From an uncultured delta proteobacterium (lineage in GTDB: Bacteria > Myxococcota_A > Polyangia > Polyangiales > Polyangiaceae), in assembly GCA_963696385.1 (NCBI GenBank), contig CAVOKF010000008.1, forward strand, positions 512,001 to 576,000: a DNA stretch of 64,000 nt, in the 5' to 3' direction. The notes beneath the pieces are model-generated. The model was not told where the DNA came from and searched no databases. It was given only the letters and a program-made list of their open reading frames with translations. This document shows positions 1 through 10,519 of this stretch, piece after piece; the stretch's first letter is position 1, and each line of letters begins with the position of its first letter. Position numbers and translations under genes: made by a program.

Positions 1-1987
1 GACCGGGGTGGTCGAGGGCCCACGCCGCGATGCCGCTGATGAGTTGACGCCGCCAATCCTGCGCGTCGCTCTTGACGTCGAGCAGCCGCTCGACCTCGGT
101 CATCACCTTCTCGTCCGGCTCTTCGTGCTTTTGGGTCACCCGATTGAAGAGACGTTCTTTTTTGACCCAGGCGCTCACGTGCTGCACGTATTTCTCGAAT
201 AGACCGGCGTACTGCTCCTCTCGAACGACGCCGCTCGCGACGTACAGCTCGTATTCCCAGGCGGCGAGCAACCGGGTGCCGATCGTCTCGCGAAACACCT
301 TGGCGTCGTGGTAGCCGCCGATGATCGGATCCTGCTGCAGCCAATCGAACTCGTTTTTGCGCTGGCAAAGCGACTCGATTTCATCGAGCACGGCGAGCGG
401 ATTCAGGCATCGAAACGCCGGCGACTGAGCCGCATCCAGCAGGGCGATGCGCATCTCGCGCGGGCTGGCGCCTACCCGTCCCTCGTAGATCGGGTAAGCG
501 TCGCTCTCGGCCCAGATGTCTTTGATCGCCGCACGCAAGACCTTCTGGCTGTCGGCGTCGAGTCGATCGGGGGCCTTGCCGAGTGCGTACAGATCGGCCT
601 TTTCGACGGCCGTAAGCGTCGACACGATCGCGCCGACCGCGCGAGGGTAGCGGTCGGGATTCGGTTTGCGCATCCGCGTGAAGACCGCGAAGAGCCCCGC
701 CACTTCGGTCGCGTGCGGCGCCACGTGGCGCCGCACTTGGGGAGCCACGTGCGTGTCGTAGATGAGCTTCTCCTGCTCGTAGCTCTTGAGGTACGGCACG
801 CGCGCCAGATCGAGACGGCCGCGAAAAGAGGCAAATTCCGGATGCTCGCGAAACGCGTCGAGATGCAGTTCGTTCGCGCTGCCCATCATGACGCAGTTGA
901 GCTGGACGTTCTGCGACGGTAGAGCGACTTCGCCCGTCTCCACCGAAAGCTGAAGGTACTTGAACGCGTCGAGCGGCCGCTTCAACAGATCGCTGAACTC
1001 GAGTACGCCTCCGGCGGCGTCGACCAGCTCGCCCCGGGTCTCGAACAGCGTGACGGCCTGCAACGAAGCCGGCAGCGATTGCAGGGATCGATCGATCGTG
1101 ATCTGCCGCTCGGCCGCGTCGACGCTCAGCTGCGGTCCGACCGTCACGGCGCCGACGCGGTAGCGGCGCGAGATGAAGTACCGCTCGACCTGCACGTGCT
1201 TGAGCACTTCGGCATACGACCCGCCGTACGAAGCCAGAAGCGCTTCGAAAACCTGGCGGCTCTTGTGCGAGAGCTGGCCGCGCAGGATCCAGTCGTTGGG
1301 CGGTTCGGCGGCGCCGACCCGCTTGTACCCCGCTTCCAGCAGCTGGCGGCGCTCGGGAACGGGGATGAGAAAGAGCGGGTGATCGCGCACGTCGACCCAT
1401 AGCTTCGCGTCAATCTGGCCGTCGGTGAGATGCGCGTACGAATCGGCGCCCTTGCCCTTGCCCGACTCGTGACCGAAGCCGAGCGCCCCACGAACGATCT
1501 TCTGCGACGGAAATACCCAGTGGAAACAGTAGAGAGCGCCCTCGTCGAGAATCGAGTAGTTCTCGAGCGCGGCCATGACGCACCCCGCGATCGTCGATTT
1601 CGCCGATCCGTTCGGTCCGTGCAGCAGGACGAGCCGGTTGGGCCGACCCTCCCGGACGAAGTTGGACAGCGCTCGGTAGATCTCCTCCTGGACGTGTTCC
1701 TGTCCGACGAGAGCCCCCCGAGGAAGGCTCGTCACAGACTCCCACGGCAGGTCGAAAAGATTGAAACGCCTGAACGTCCCCCATGGGTGCACGACGGTCG
1801 TGTGACCGTAGTGATCGAACGCGTCGCGCAGGTAGCGACTCGCGTCACGAGAGTGACGGACCGGGTCGGTATCGAAAAGATCGAGGAATTCGGCGAACGC
1901 GAGGACACGCCGGCCGGCCCGGAAGCGCTCCTCGACGTGCTCGGCGATGGCCATGACCTGCGACGCGGCGTCGCGCGGCTCGCTCAT
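1..1987 (-). CDS. prkA: PrkA/YeaG-family AAA serine protein kinase, 3'-truncated by the window edge
   Basis: Absent from the ORF track because it has no stop in the window. Hand translation from ATG 1987: MSEPRDAASQVMAIAEHVEERF...RPNRLVLLHGPNGSAKSTI (PrkA-type Walker A)...GELVDAAGGVLEFSDLLKRPLDAFKYL...GSANELHL...SFRGRLDLARVPYL. Confidence 0.9.
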   Translation of the reverse strand, partial: MSEPRDAASQVMAIAEHVEERFRAGRRVLAFAEFLDLFDTDPVRHSRDASRYLRDAFDHYGHTTVVHPWGTFRRFNLFDLPWESVTSLPRGALVGQEHVQEEIYRALSNFVREGRPNRLVLLHGPNGSAKSTIAGCVMAALENYSILDEGALYCFHWVFPSQKIVRGALGFGHESGKGKGADSYAHLTDGQIDAKLWVDVRDHPLFLIPVPERRQLLEAGYKRVGAAEPPNDWILRGQLSHKSRQVFEALLASYGGSYAEVLKHVQVERYFISRRYRVGAVTVGPQLSVDAAERQITIDRSLQSLPASLQAVTLFETRGELVDAAGGVLEFSDLLKRPLDAFKYLQLSVETGEVALPSQNVQLNCVMMGSANELHLDAFREHPEFASFRGRLDLARVPYLKSYEQEKLIYDTHVAPQVRRHVAPHATEVAGLFAVFTRMRKPNPDRYPRAVGAIVSTLTAVEKADLYALGKAPDRLDADSQKVLRAAIKDIWAESDAYPIYEGRVGASPREMRIALLDAAQSPAFRCLNPLAVLDEIESLCQRKNEFDWLQQDPIIGGYHDAKVFRETIGTRLLAAWEYELYVASGVVREEQYAGLFEKYVQHVSAWVKKERLFNRVTQKHEEPDEKVMTEVERLLDVKSDAQDWRRQLISGIAAWALDHPG

Positions 1988-2110
1988 ACGGCCGAGCGTA
2001 GCACCCCGAGCCGTCCATCGACGCGGGCCACCCGCATCGATCCCCGCCGCACCCCCGGCCGGGCGGCGCACGCCGCGAGCCCGCGACTCCGGCAAACGCC
2101 CACGTCGCCG

Positions 2111-2144
2111 AAAAGGCCCCCTGCCCCTCCGCGCGGGTGGGGCC
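2111..2144 (-). terminator. Putative intrinsic terminator
   Basis: Minus strand reads GGCCCC...GGGGCC-TTTT just after the stop at 2151. Confidence 0.5.
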
Positions 2145-2150
2145 CGTCCG

Positions 2151-2678
2151 TCAGCGGACGAGGACCAACGCCGAGACCCGAGGTTGCTCGAGCAAACAGT
2201 TTTGCGCCGAGCAGACGCTCAGCTTGAAGGTGCCCGCGATCGGGGTGGCACCCTTCTGGAGCGGGCTGAATTTCACGATCATGGTTCCGCTCTTGGGGTC
2301 GGATTTTTGCCAATCGCCGGCGGGCTTCGAGAACACATTTTTTCCGGCCGCATCGGTCCCCTCGAACCGGACGGCGGGGGCGTCGTCGGCCTTGAACCGG
2401 TACGGATATTCGTCGTTGACGTGGTAGTCGCCCAACGCCACGAGCTTGAGCGTGAGGCTGCAGCTGGACCCCACCGCGCACGACGCCGGAGCGACCGCGT
2501 CCACGAAGAAGCTCGTAGCGCACGCGGCATGACCGGGGCAGTCGGGCCCCTTCGGCGCCGGGACGGTAGAGGCCTTGGCCGGATCGGCGGCGGTCGCCGC
2601 CTCGCTCTTCTTGCAGTCCGCCGTACCGGCGACGAGGGGCACGGCCAGGGCGAACATCGGAAAGCCGGAGAATTTCAT
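2151..2678 (-). CDS. Exported Cys-containing hypothetical protein, possibly with a DsbD-N-like beta domain
   Basis: Signal/lipobox-like N-terminus (ALAVPLVAGTADC); YHVNDEYPY motif and a C-terminal GTFKLSVCSAQNCL. Confidence 0.6.
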   Translation of the reverse strand: MKFSGFPMFALAVPLVAGTADCKKSEAATAADPAKASTVPAPKGPDCPGHAACATSFFVDAVAPASCAVGSSCSLTLKLVALGDYHVNDEYPYRFKADDAPAVRFEGTDAAGKNVFSKPAGDWQKSDPKSGTMIVKFSPLQKGATPIAGTFKLSVCSAQNCLLEQPRVSALVLVR

Positions 2679-2709
2679 CGTACCCGATCGCGCTAGCACG
2701 CCGATTCGT

Positions 2710-3507
2710 TCACTTCACGTAGAGCTCGAGCTCGGGACCCGGCAGCGCCGGCATCCACGCGCGCTGTTCGAAGTCGTACCCGACTTCGGGCGACGCGACG
2801 CCGTACGCCGGCCGGGCGGACACGATGCGCGACAAGACGGGATCCCCACGGCCGAATCCAAGATCGGACCCGGCTATCGGCGCCATTTCCAAGGCGATGC
2901 CCGTCGGGCTGCGTCCGGCGGCCACGACGGCGAGTCCTTGATCGTCTGCGCCGCGGCGGCGCCATCGCTGCACGAGGTCGCGGACGTCCAGCCGTACCAC
3001 CGGGCCCGAGGCCGCCCGCACGCGCGTCACCGGCGCGTTCACTTCCTGCACGCGCGGCTGAAGAGCCCACGTGACGGTCGCGCCGTCCCAAGGATCGACG
3101 ACCCGCGCGGCATGCAGCGAAATCAGAGTCGGATCGGTGTCGACGCCGACGGCGCGTTCGAGCACGAGATACGCTTCGACGACGTCCACCTCGGGCGGCA
3201 GCGACACCGCGAAACGAACGAGCAGAAGCGCGCCGTCGCCCCTGCCGAGCCAGGCGATGCCGGCCGAAGCCTCGTGCCCGCGGGCGCCCGGGCGAACGTA
3301 CGCGAGGTCGACCGGCGCAACCAGCAGCCGGCGCGACGACGCGATGGCCGGGATCGCGCCGTGGGTCACGCATCGACCGGCGACGCAAGAGGCCAGGACG
3401 CCGCACTCCGGCTCGTCCAGGCACATCTGGGGGGGCGGCACGCACGCCAAGCTCGATGCGACGCCCCAGGCGGAGCCGGCGAGCCAGAGCACGGCGGCCT
3501 TCCGCAT
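2710..3507 (-). CDS. Lipoprotein with DNRLRE-like domain
   Basis: Lipobox SLAC, Cys-rich segment, then LLVRF...VVEAYLVL...[12 protein letters not shown]...[10 protein letters not shown]...PELEL. Confidence 0.7.
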   Translation of the reverse strand: MRKAAVLWLAGSAWGVASSLACVPPPQMCLDEPECGVLASCVAGRCVTHGAIPAIASSRRLLVAPVDLAYVRPGARGHEASAGIAWLGRGDGALLLVRFAVSLPPEVDVVEAYLVLERAVGVDTDPTLISLHAARVVDPWDGATVTWALQPRVQEVNAPVTRVRAASGPVVRLDVRDLVQRWRRRGADDQGLAVVAAGRSPTGIALEMAPIAGSDLGFGRGDPVLSRIVSARPAYGVASPEVGYDFEQRAWMPALPGPELELYVK

Positions 3508-3545
3508 CGCGGACAACCTACCATCGGTGCTATCCCTCTGCCCGG

Positions 3546-4529
3546 ATGGACGACGCGCTCCTCCGCGTCCGCGACCTCGTCACGAGCTTTCACACCGATC
3601 GGGGCGTGCTGCGCGCAGTCGACCAGGTGACGTTCGACGTGCCGCGGGCGACGACCGTGGCGCTGGTCGGAGAGAGCGGATGCGGCAAGAGCGTCACGGC
3701 GCTGTCGATTCTGCGCCTCGTAACCTCCCCGCCGGGACGAATCGAGTCGGGAACGGTGGAGCTCGAAGGCCGCGACTTGCTGCAGCTCTCGGAGCGCGCC
3801 ATGCGCGACGTGCGCGGCAACCTCGTATCGATGATCTTCCAAGAGCCGATGACGAGCTTGAACCCGGTCTACACGATCGGCTGGCAAATCATCGAGGCCG
3901 TTCGCCTGCATCGGACCCGGTCCCGCCGCGTCGCGCGGGCGCGCGCGATCGAGCTCTTGCACCTGGTGGGCATTTCCGACCCGGACATCCACGTGGACGC
4001 TTACCCGCACCAGTTGTCGGGCGGACAGCGCCAGCGGGCGATGATTGCGATGGCGCTCGCGTGCGAGCCCCGGCTTTTGCTCGCCGACGAGCCGACGACG
4101 GCGCTCGACGTCACCATCGCCGCGCAAATTTTGGGGTTGCTTTCGAGCCTCCAGCAACGGCTCAAGATGAGCATCCTGCTCATCACGCACGACCTCGGTA
4201 TCGTCGCCGAGAACGCCGAGCACGTGGTCGTCATGTACGCGGGACGCGTGGTCGAGGTGGCGCCGGTGCGCGACCTGTTCGCCGCCCCGGCTCACCCGTA
4301 CACCCGGGGCTTGCTCGACAGCCTTCCTCGGCCGAGCGCGCGGCGCACCCACCGGCTCGCCGCGATCGAAGGGATCGTCCCGGACTTGATCGCGTTACCC
4401 ACCGGCTGCCGATTTGCCGATCGATGCGGGATGAAGATCGATCGCTGCACCCAGGAAGAGCCGGATCTGATGGCGTTCGGGCCCGGGCGCAGATCGCGTT
4501 GCTGGCGCGCGTCCGAGGTCTCGCCGTGA
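3546..4529 (+). CDS. Oligo/dipeptide ABC transporter ATP-binding protein (OppD/DppD-like)
   Basis: [46 protein letters not shown]. Confidence 0.95.
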   Translation: MDDALLRVRDLVTSFHTDRGVLRAVDQVTFDVPRATTVALVGESGCGKSVTALSILRLVTSPPGRIESGTVELEGRDLLQLSERAMRDVRGNLVSMIFQEPMTSLNPVYTIGWQIIEAVRLHRTRSRRVARARAIELLHLVGISDPDIHVDAYPHQLSGGQRQRAMIAMALACEPRLLLADEPTTALDVTIAAQILGLLSSLQQRLKMSILLITHDLGIVAENAEHVVVMYAGRVVEVAPVRDLFAAPAHPYTRGLLDSLPRPSARRTHRLAAIEGIVPDLIALPTGCRFADRCGMKIDRCTQEEPDLMAFGPGRRSRCWRASEVSP

Positions 4530-5563
4530 CCGAGCCGGCCCTTTCGCCTCTCCCCGCGCCGCCGAGCGCCGAAGCGCCCCCGGCTCGCACGCTCGTCGCG
4601 ACCCACGCGGTGTCGAAGTATTTTCCCGTCCGGGGTCGGCTGTTCCGGCGAGGCGAGCGATTCGTCCGGGCCGTCGACGGCGTGTCCCTTCGAGTCCGCC
4701 AGGGCGAGACCGTCGGGCTGGTCGGCGAGAGCGGGTGCGGCAAGAGCACGCTCGGGCGCCTGATCCTGCGGCTCCTCGAGCCGACGTTCGGGCGCATCGT
4801 GTACGACGGGCTGGACATCACGAGACGCTCGCAGCGCGCCCTTCGCCCTCTGCGCCGGCGAATGCAGATCATTTTCCAGGACCCGTATTCGAGCCTCAAC
4901 CCTCGGATGACCGTCCGGGAAGTCGTCGGGGAAGCCATCCGCGTTCATCGCCTGGCCAAGACGCGCGCCCAAGAAGAGGCGCGCATCGTGCAACTGTTGG
5001 AGCGGGTCGGACTTCGCGCCGACGCGATGGATCGTTACCCCCACGAGTTCTCGGGCGGACAGCGCCAACGGATCGGCATCGCCCGCGCGCTCGCGGTCGA
5101 GCCGGAATTCATCGTCTGCGACGAACCGGTGAGCGCTCTCGACGTCTCCATTCAGGCGCAGATCGTCAATTTGCTCGTCGAGCTGCAAGAGACGCTCGGC
5201 ATCTCGTACCTGTTCGTCTCGCACGATTTGCAGCTCGTCCAACACGTGAGTCACCGCGTCGCCGTGATGTATCTCGGCAAGATCGTGGAGCAGGCCCCCG
5301 CGCAAATGCTCTACGAGCGGCCCCGACATCCCTATACGGTGGCGCTGCTCGCGGCGGCTCCGCGGCCGGACCCCGAGCGCAAGCGCGTGCGGCTGGTGCT
5401 CGAGGGAGAAGTCCCTTCCGCCATCGACCCGCCGGCGGGCTGTCCGTTCCATCCGCGTTGCGACCGAGCCGTCGCCGGAACGTGCGACGTGGAAGACCCC
5501 GCATTCGAAGAGATGCCACGGGATTCCGGACATCGGGTGGCGTGTTGGAACCCGGTGCCGTGA
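4526..5563 (+). CDS. Oligo/dipeptide ABC transporter ATP-binding protein (OppF/DppF-like)
   Basis: GTG start overlaps the upstream [50 protein letters not shown]. Confidence 0.95.
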   Translation: MTEPALSPLPAPPSAEAPPARTLVATHAVSKYFPVRGRLFRRGERFVRAVDGVSLRVRQGETVGLVGESGCGKSTLGRLILRLLEPTFGRIVYDGLDITRRSQRALRPLRRRMQIIFQDPYSSLNPRMTVREVVGEAIRVHRLAKTRAQEEARIVQLLERVGLRADAMDRYPHEFSGGQRQRIGIARALAVEPEFIVCDEPVSALDVSIQAQIVNLLVELQETLGISYLFVSHDLQLVQHVSHRVAVMYLGKIVEQAPAQMLYERPRHPYTVALLAAAPRPDPERKRVRLVLEGEVPSAIDPPAGCPFHPRCDRAVAGTCDVEDPAFEEMPRDSGHRVACWNPVP

Positions 5564-5600
5564 ATGCGCCGAGCGACGGCTGGGAGTCGATGAGAACCGG

Positions 5601-6896
5601 ATGAGCCTTCCCGACCACGTCAGCCGCTACGAGGTCGAGGTGCAAATCGGCCAGGGACCCACCGGGCGCGTCTGGCTCGCCCGCGACCCGCTTCTGCGAC
5701 GGCAAGTGGCCATCAAGGTCGCGCGCAACGACCTGGGCCTCGACCGGCAAGCGCGCGAGCGCGCGGCGGATCGCATGCGCGAAGGCGCCTGCGCCGCGGC
5801 GTTCTTGTCGCATGCCGGCATCGTCACCGTCCACGACGTGGGAGACGACGAAGCCACGGGCTTGTTCGTCGTCCTGGAGCTCGCGATCCGTGGCTCGCTT
5901 CGCGAGCCGATGACGCGCGGCCGGATGACGCGACATGAAGTGGCCCAGGTCGCGCGATCGATCGGAATGGCGCTCACCCACGCCCATGCCGCGGGCGTCG
6001 TGCATGGCAACGTGAAGCCCGAGAACGTGTTGTTGGCCGCGACCGGGCCGAAGCTCACCGACTTCGCGGCGGCGCCTCATCCGCCGGACGACGTCGTGGG
6101 CCGGGTGGGCTATGCCGCGCCCGAGTCCTTGTCGTCGGGGCAGATCAGCCCCGCGGGCGACCAGTTTTCGTTGGCCGTGACGTTGCTGGAAGCGCTGACG
6201 GGCCGGCCGGTCTTCACCGGGGCCGACCCCGCCGCCACCTCGGCGCGGGTCCAGTCCGCCAGACATCTCGCGCCCACGAGCCTCGTGCCGGAACTTCGCA
6301 TCTGCCCCCATCTCGACACGATCTTCGATCGTGCGCTCGCCAAGGATCCGGGGCGACGCTTCCCATCGTGCGAGGCTTTCACTCTGGCGCTCTCGGGCGC
6401 ACTCGAAGCCTCGTACGCGCCGATTTTGACCCCGGTCTCGCAGTCGTCCATCGTGCCGCGTACGACGCGCCGGTGGCAGAACGCCGCAGCGGTCGGCGGC
6501 GCGATCGTCATCCTCGGCCTCGTCATCGCCGGTCAGCAGCGGCATGGCCCGGGCGTCTCGCTCAAAAGCGTGGCCAGCGCTTTCGCGGCGACCCTCGGCC
6601 CGCCGCACGTCGAGCCCCACCGCGTCCGGGCGGCGCCAGGGCCTTCGGCCGCGCCCGGGCCTTCGGCCGCGCTACGGCCTTCGACCGCGCCAGGGCCCTC
6701 GGGTGCGGTTTTGCCCGACGCGTCCTCCGCATCGGCCACGGCTTCGCCCTCGGGGCCGGTGCGCGGCGGCGCCGAGGCGGCCACGGCGACGGACACGGAC
6801 ACGGAGCCGCCACAAGGCTCCGGCGAATCGGACGAACCCGCGCCCCAGCCACGCGCAACGACGAACCGGCAGCGCTCGGACGCGAATCAGTTCTAG
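5601..6896 (+). CDS. Ser/Thr protein kinase-fold membrane protein, probable pseudokinase
   Basis: VAIK, HGNVKPEN, DFA and YAAPE motifs, then a TM helix (AAAVGGAIVILGLVIAG) and an APGPSA-repeat tail. Confidence 0.85.
   Translation: MSLPDHVSRYEVEVQIGQGPTGRVWLARDPLLRRQVAIKVARNDLGLDRQARERAADRMREGACAAAFLSHAGIVTVHDVGDDEATGLFVVLELAIRGSLREPMTRGRMTRHEVAQVARSIGMALTHAHAAGVVHGNVKPENVLLAATGPKLTDFAAAPHPPDDVVGRVGYAAPESLSSGQISPAGDQFSLAVTLLEALTGRPVFTGADPAATSARVQSARHLAPTSLVPELRICPHLDTIFDRALAKDPGRRFPSCEAFTLALSGALEASYAPILTPVSQSSIVPRTTRRWQNAAAVGGAIVILGLVIAGQQRHGPGVSLKSVASAFAATLGPPHVEPHRVRAAPGPSAAPGPSAALRPSTAPGPSGAVLPDASSASATASPSGPVRGGAEAATATDTDTEPPQGSGESDEPAPQPRATTNRQRSDANQF
6632..6703 (+). repeat. Imperfect 18-bp tandem repeat (about 4 copies) encoding APGPSA
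   Basis: gcgccagggccttcggcc / gcgcccgggccttcggcc / gcgctacggccttcgacc / gcgccagggccctcgggt. Confidence 0.75.
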
Positions 6897-6963
6897 TGAC
6901 ATGCGGGCGAGGCGCACTAGACTCTGGCCTCCGCCGATGCAGGCTGACACTCCCGCACCCTTG

Positions 6964-7971
6964 ATGACCGAAACCCGCACTCCGTCCGCGCAAGCGCGCC
7001 CCAAAGACGACTTGGACCATTTGGCCAAGCTCTACCGGGACATGTTGCTGATTCGCCGCGTCGAGGAGGAGAGCGCCCGCGGCTACGCGGAGGGCAAAAT
7101 CGGCGGATTTTCGCATTTGTACATCGGACAGGAAGCCGTCGCGGTGGGGGCCATCGCAGCGCTGCGGCCCGACGACTACGTCATCACCACGTATCGAGAC
7201 CACGGCATCGCGCTGGCGAAAGGCATGAGCCCGCGCACTCTTCTGGCGGAGCTCTTTGGCAAGGCCACCGGGTGTTCGAAGGGGCTCGGCGGATCCATGC
7301 ACATGTTCGACCGCGAGCACAACATGCTCGGCGGCTACGGCATCGTCGGCGGTCACATCCCGCTGGCGGCCGGCGTGGCGTTCGCCAGCAAGTACCGGGA
7401 CGACGGCCGAGTCACGGTCTGTTTCTTCGGCGAGGGCGCGGTGAGCATCGGCGGCTTTCACGAGGGATTGAGCCTGGCGGCGCTTTGGAAGCTGCCCATC
7501 GTCTTCGTCTGCGAGAACAACGAATACGCCATGGGCACGCCGCTATCGCGGTCGATGTCGGTCGAGGACGTTTCGCTCAAGGCGCTCGGCTACGGGGTCG
7601 AGCGCGATCGCTTCATCGCCGAGGACGTGCTCGAGGTCGAGCGCCGAATCGGCGAGGCCGTTCGCCGAGCGCGCGAACAGAATTCGCCGACGCTCGTCGA
7701 GGCTCGCACGTATCGGTTCCGCGGCCACTCGATGAGCGATCCCGCCAAGTACCGGACGCAGGCCGAGCTCGACGAGCACAAGCAGCGCGACTCGCTGGTG
7801 CGCGCCCGCACTTCGCTCGCCGAACAGGGCTACGGCGAGGCGCGCCTCGAAGCGTTGGAAAAATCCGTCGAAACCGAAGTCGCCGATGCCGTCAAGTTCG
7901 CCAACGAAAGTCCGGAGCCGGGCATCGAGCTTCTCGAGGCCACGGCGTACAGCGGGCCGTTCGCGTCGTGA
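6964..7971 (+). CDS. pdhA: Pyruvate dehydrogenase E1 alpha subunit
   Basis: IGGFSHLYIGQEA, TYRDHG, GGSMHMF, FFGEGA...ENN (TPP motif), YRFRGHSMSDP. The start could be ATG 6937. Confidence 0.95.
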   Translation: MTETRTPSAQARPKDDLDHLAKLYRDMLLIRRVEEESARGYAEGKIGGFSHLYIGQEAVAVGAIAALRPDDYVITTYRDHGIALAKGMSPRTLLAELFGKATGCSKGLGGSMHMFDREHNMLGGYGIVGGHIPLAAGVAFASKYRDDGRVTVCFFGEGAVSIGGFHEGLSLAALWKLPIVFVCENNEYAMGTPLSRSMSVEDVSLKALGYGVERDRFIAEDVLEVERRIGEAVRRAREQNSPTLVEARTYRFRGHSMSDPAKYRTQAELDEHKQRDSLVRARTSLAEQGYGEARLEALEKSVETEVADAVKFANESPEPGIELLEATAYSGPFAS

Positions 7972-8095
7972 GAAACGCCCGCGGCCGCGACCCCGCCGGT
8001 CGCCCTTGATATCGTCGCCCGCGACAGTCCGAAGCCCGCAGCATTGCCAAGCCCCCGCCGAAGTGACAGGTCCAGCCGGAAACGGAAAAATTGAG

Positions 8096-9085
8096 ATGGC
8101 TCGTACCTTGAGATTCCGTGAAGCCTTGCGCGAAGCCATGATCGAAGAGATGGAGCGCGACGAGAACGTGTTCCTGATGGGCGAAGAGGTGGGGCATTAC
8201 CAGGGCGCCTACAAGGTGAGCGAGGGAATGCTCGACAAGTTCGGGCCGAAGCGCGTCATCGACACGCCGATCGCCGAAGCCGGCTTCGCGGGAGTCGGTG
8301 TCGGGGCGGCGATGGTGGGTCTTCGGCCCATCATCGAATTCATGACGTGGAACTTCAGCGCCGTCGCCTTCGACCAGATTTTGAACAATGCCGCGAAGCT
8401 TCACCAGATGTCGGGCGGCCAGTTCAACTGCCCGATCGTGTTTCGCGGACCGAATGCAAGCGCGCGGCAGGTCGGCAGCCAGCACAGCCACGCGATGGAG
8501 CACTTTTACGCGCACGTGCCCGGCCTCAAAGTGATCGCCCCGGCGTTTCCGGCGGACGCGAAAGGGCTCTTGAAGTCCGCCATTCGGGACAACGATCCGG
8601 TGCTGCTGATGGAGTCCGAAACGCTCTACGGCGTGCGCGGCGAGGTGCCGGACGGCGACTGGGCCATTCCGATCGGCCAAGCGCAGATCGTGCGGGCCGG
8701 CACGGACATCACGATCGTCGCCTATTCGCGCATGACCCATGTCGCGTTGGAGGCGGCGGCAGCCCTCGAAAAGGATGGGATCTCGGCGGAGGTCATCGAT
8801 TTGCGAAGCTTGCGCCCGCTCGACGAGTTCACGATCGTCGCGAGCGTCGAACGAACCCACCGGGCGGTCGTCGTTCACGAAGGATGGCCGTACGGCGGCG
8901 TCGGTGCCGAGATCGCGGACCGGGTGCAGCGTTTGGCATTCGACGCGCTCGACGCGCCCGTGCTGCGCGTAGCGACCCTGGATGTCCCGATGCCGTACAG
9001 CGCCCGGCTCGAGCTCGCTTGCATCCCGCAGCCCGACCGAGTCGTGGCGACCGTCAAGCGACTTCTCGCGCGCGGGCGCGCGTGA
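8096..9085 (+). CDS. pdhB: Pyruvate dehydrogenase E1 beta subunit
   Basis: GEEVGHYQGAYKVS, DTPIAEAGF, EFMTWNFS, FRGPN, QHSH, IDLRSLRPLD. Confidence 0.96.
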   Translation: MARTLRFREALREAMIEEMERDENVFLMGEEVGHYQGAYKVSEGMLDKFGPKRVIDTPIAEAGFAGVGVGAAMVGLRPIIEFMTWNFSAVAFDQILNNAAKLHQMSGGQFNCPIVFRGPNASARQVGSQHSHAMEHFYAHVPGLKVIAPAFPADAKGLLKSAIRDNDPVLLMESETLYGVRGEVPDGDWAIPIGQAQIVRAGTDITIVAYSRMTHVALEAAAALEKDGISAEVIDLRSLRPLDEFTIVASVERTHRAVVVHEGWPYGGVGAEIADRVQRLAFDALDAPVLRVATLDVPMPYSARLELACIPQPDRVVATVKRLLARGRA

Positions 9086-9100
9086 GCACGGAGGACCCCC

Positions 9101-10519
9101 ATGGCCAAGATCCTCGAGATGCCGAAGCTGTCGCCGACGATGGAAGAAGGAGTGCTTTCGGCCTGGCACAAGAAAGAAGGAGACGCCGTCGGCGTCGACG
9201 ACCTTCTCGCCGAGGTGGAGACGGACAAGGCCACGATGGAGTTTCGGGCCTTCGACAAGGGGACGTTGCTCAAGCTGCTCGTTCCGGCCGGCGCGCAGGT
9301 GAAGCTCGGCCAGCCTGTCGCCATCGTCGGCAACGCGGGGGAAGACATCTCCTCGTTCGTCTCGCTGGCCACCGGCACGAGCGCGTCCGCGGCCCAAGCC
9401 AAGCCCGCCGCCCCCGCCCCCGCGCCGGCGACGGACGCGCCGGCAGCCTTGCGCGTCGCCCCGACCCAGCAGCCGCCGCCACCGGAGACCATCGCGCCGG
9501 AGGCGCTGCGCAGACCCCCGGTCGGCAACCTGCTCGATCGAACGTCGTATCCACCCATCGAGAACGGCAGTCGCGCGGCCGGCGGGCGCGTGCTTGCGTC
9601 GCCCTACGTGCGCAAAGCGGCCCGTGAAATGGGAATCGACCTGCAAGGCGCTCAAGGCAGCGGACCCGGAGGGCGTGTCTTGCCGAGCGACCTCGACGGA
9701 TTGCGCGTAGCGAGCCCGCCGGCTTTGGTGCGCGCGCCGCGCGCGGCCCCCGTGACGGCTCCCGCCGCGGCGCGGGCCCCCTCCGGCGACGAGGACGAGG
9801 TGCGCCCGCTTTCGCCCATGCGCAAGACCATCGCGCGCAGGCTGACCGAATCGAAGGCGACGGTGCCGCACTTCTACCTGTCGATCGACGTCGACGCGTC
9901 GGGCCTCGTGAAGCTGCGCGATCAGATCAACCGGGAGATCGCTCCGCAAGGCAAATCGACCCCGGCGGACGGCCAGACGGACGCCCAGGCCCTGAAGGTT
10001 TCGTATAACGATCTGCTGATCAAGGCGTGCGCCGTGGCGTTGACGCACGTGCCGGAGTGCAACGCGAGCTTTTCGCCCGAGGCCATCCTCGTGCACAAGC
10101 GCGTCGACATTTCGGTGGCGGTGGCCATTCCGGACGGACTGGTGACCCCGGTCGTGCGCCATGCCGACCAGAAGAGCATCGTCAGCATCGCACGCGAAGT
10201 GCGCGATCTGGCCGCTCGGGCTCGTGCGCGCAAGCTCAAGCCCGAAGAGATGGCCGACGGCACGTTCTCCATCTCGAATCTGGGCATGTTCGGGATCGAT
10301 CAGTTTGCGGCCGTCATCAATCCGCCCGAAGGCGCAATCCTCGCGGTCGGCCAGGTCCGAGACGTTCCGGTCGTCTCGGACGGCGCCGTGATCGCCGGCA
10401 AGCGCCTCGCCATGACGCTTTCGTGCGACCACCGCGTGGTGGACGGGGCCATCGGGGCCGCGTTCCTCGCGGAGCTGCGCCGACTCGTCGAGCACCCCTT
10501 GCGTGTCTTGACCGGTTGA
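9101..10519 (+). CDS. pdhC: Pyruvate dehydrogenase E2 dihydrolipoamide acetyltransferase
   Basis: MPKLSPTMEEG, lipoyl motif ETDKATME, E3-binding ASPYVRKAARE...GSGPGGRV, catalytic DHRVVDG. Confidence 0.96.
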   Translation: MAKILEMPKLSPTMEEGVLSAWHKKEGDAVGVDDLLAEVETDKATMEFRAFDKGTLLKLLVPAGAQVKLGQPVAIVGNAGEDISSFVSLATGTSASAAQAKPAAPAPAPATDAPAALRVAPTQQPPPPETIAPEALRRPPVGNLLDRTSYPPIENGSRAAGGRVLASPYVRKAAREMGIDLQGAQGSGPGGRVLPSDLDGLRVASPPALVRAPRAAPVTAPAAARAPSGDEDEVRPLSPMRKTIARRLTESKATVPHFYLSIDVDASGLVKLRDQINREIAPQGKSTPADGQTDAQALKVSYNDLLIKACAVALTHVPECNASFSPEAILVHKRVDISVAVAIPDGLVTPVVRHADQKSIVSIAREVRDLAARARARKLKPEEMADGTFSISNLGMFGIDQFAAVINPPEGAILAVGQVRDVPVVSDGAVIAGKRLAMTLSCDHRVVDGAIGAAFLAELRRLVEHPLRVLTG

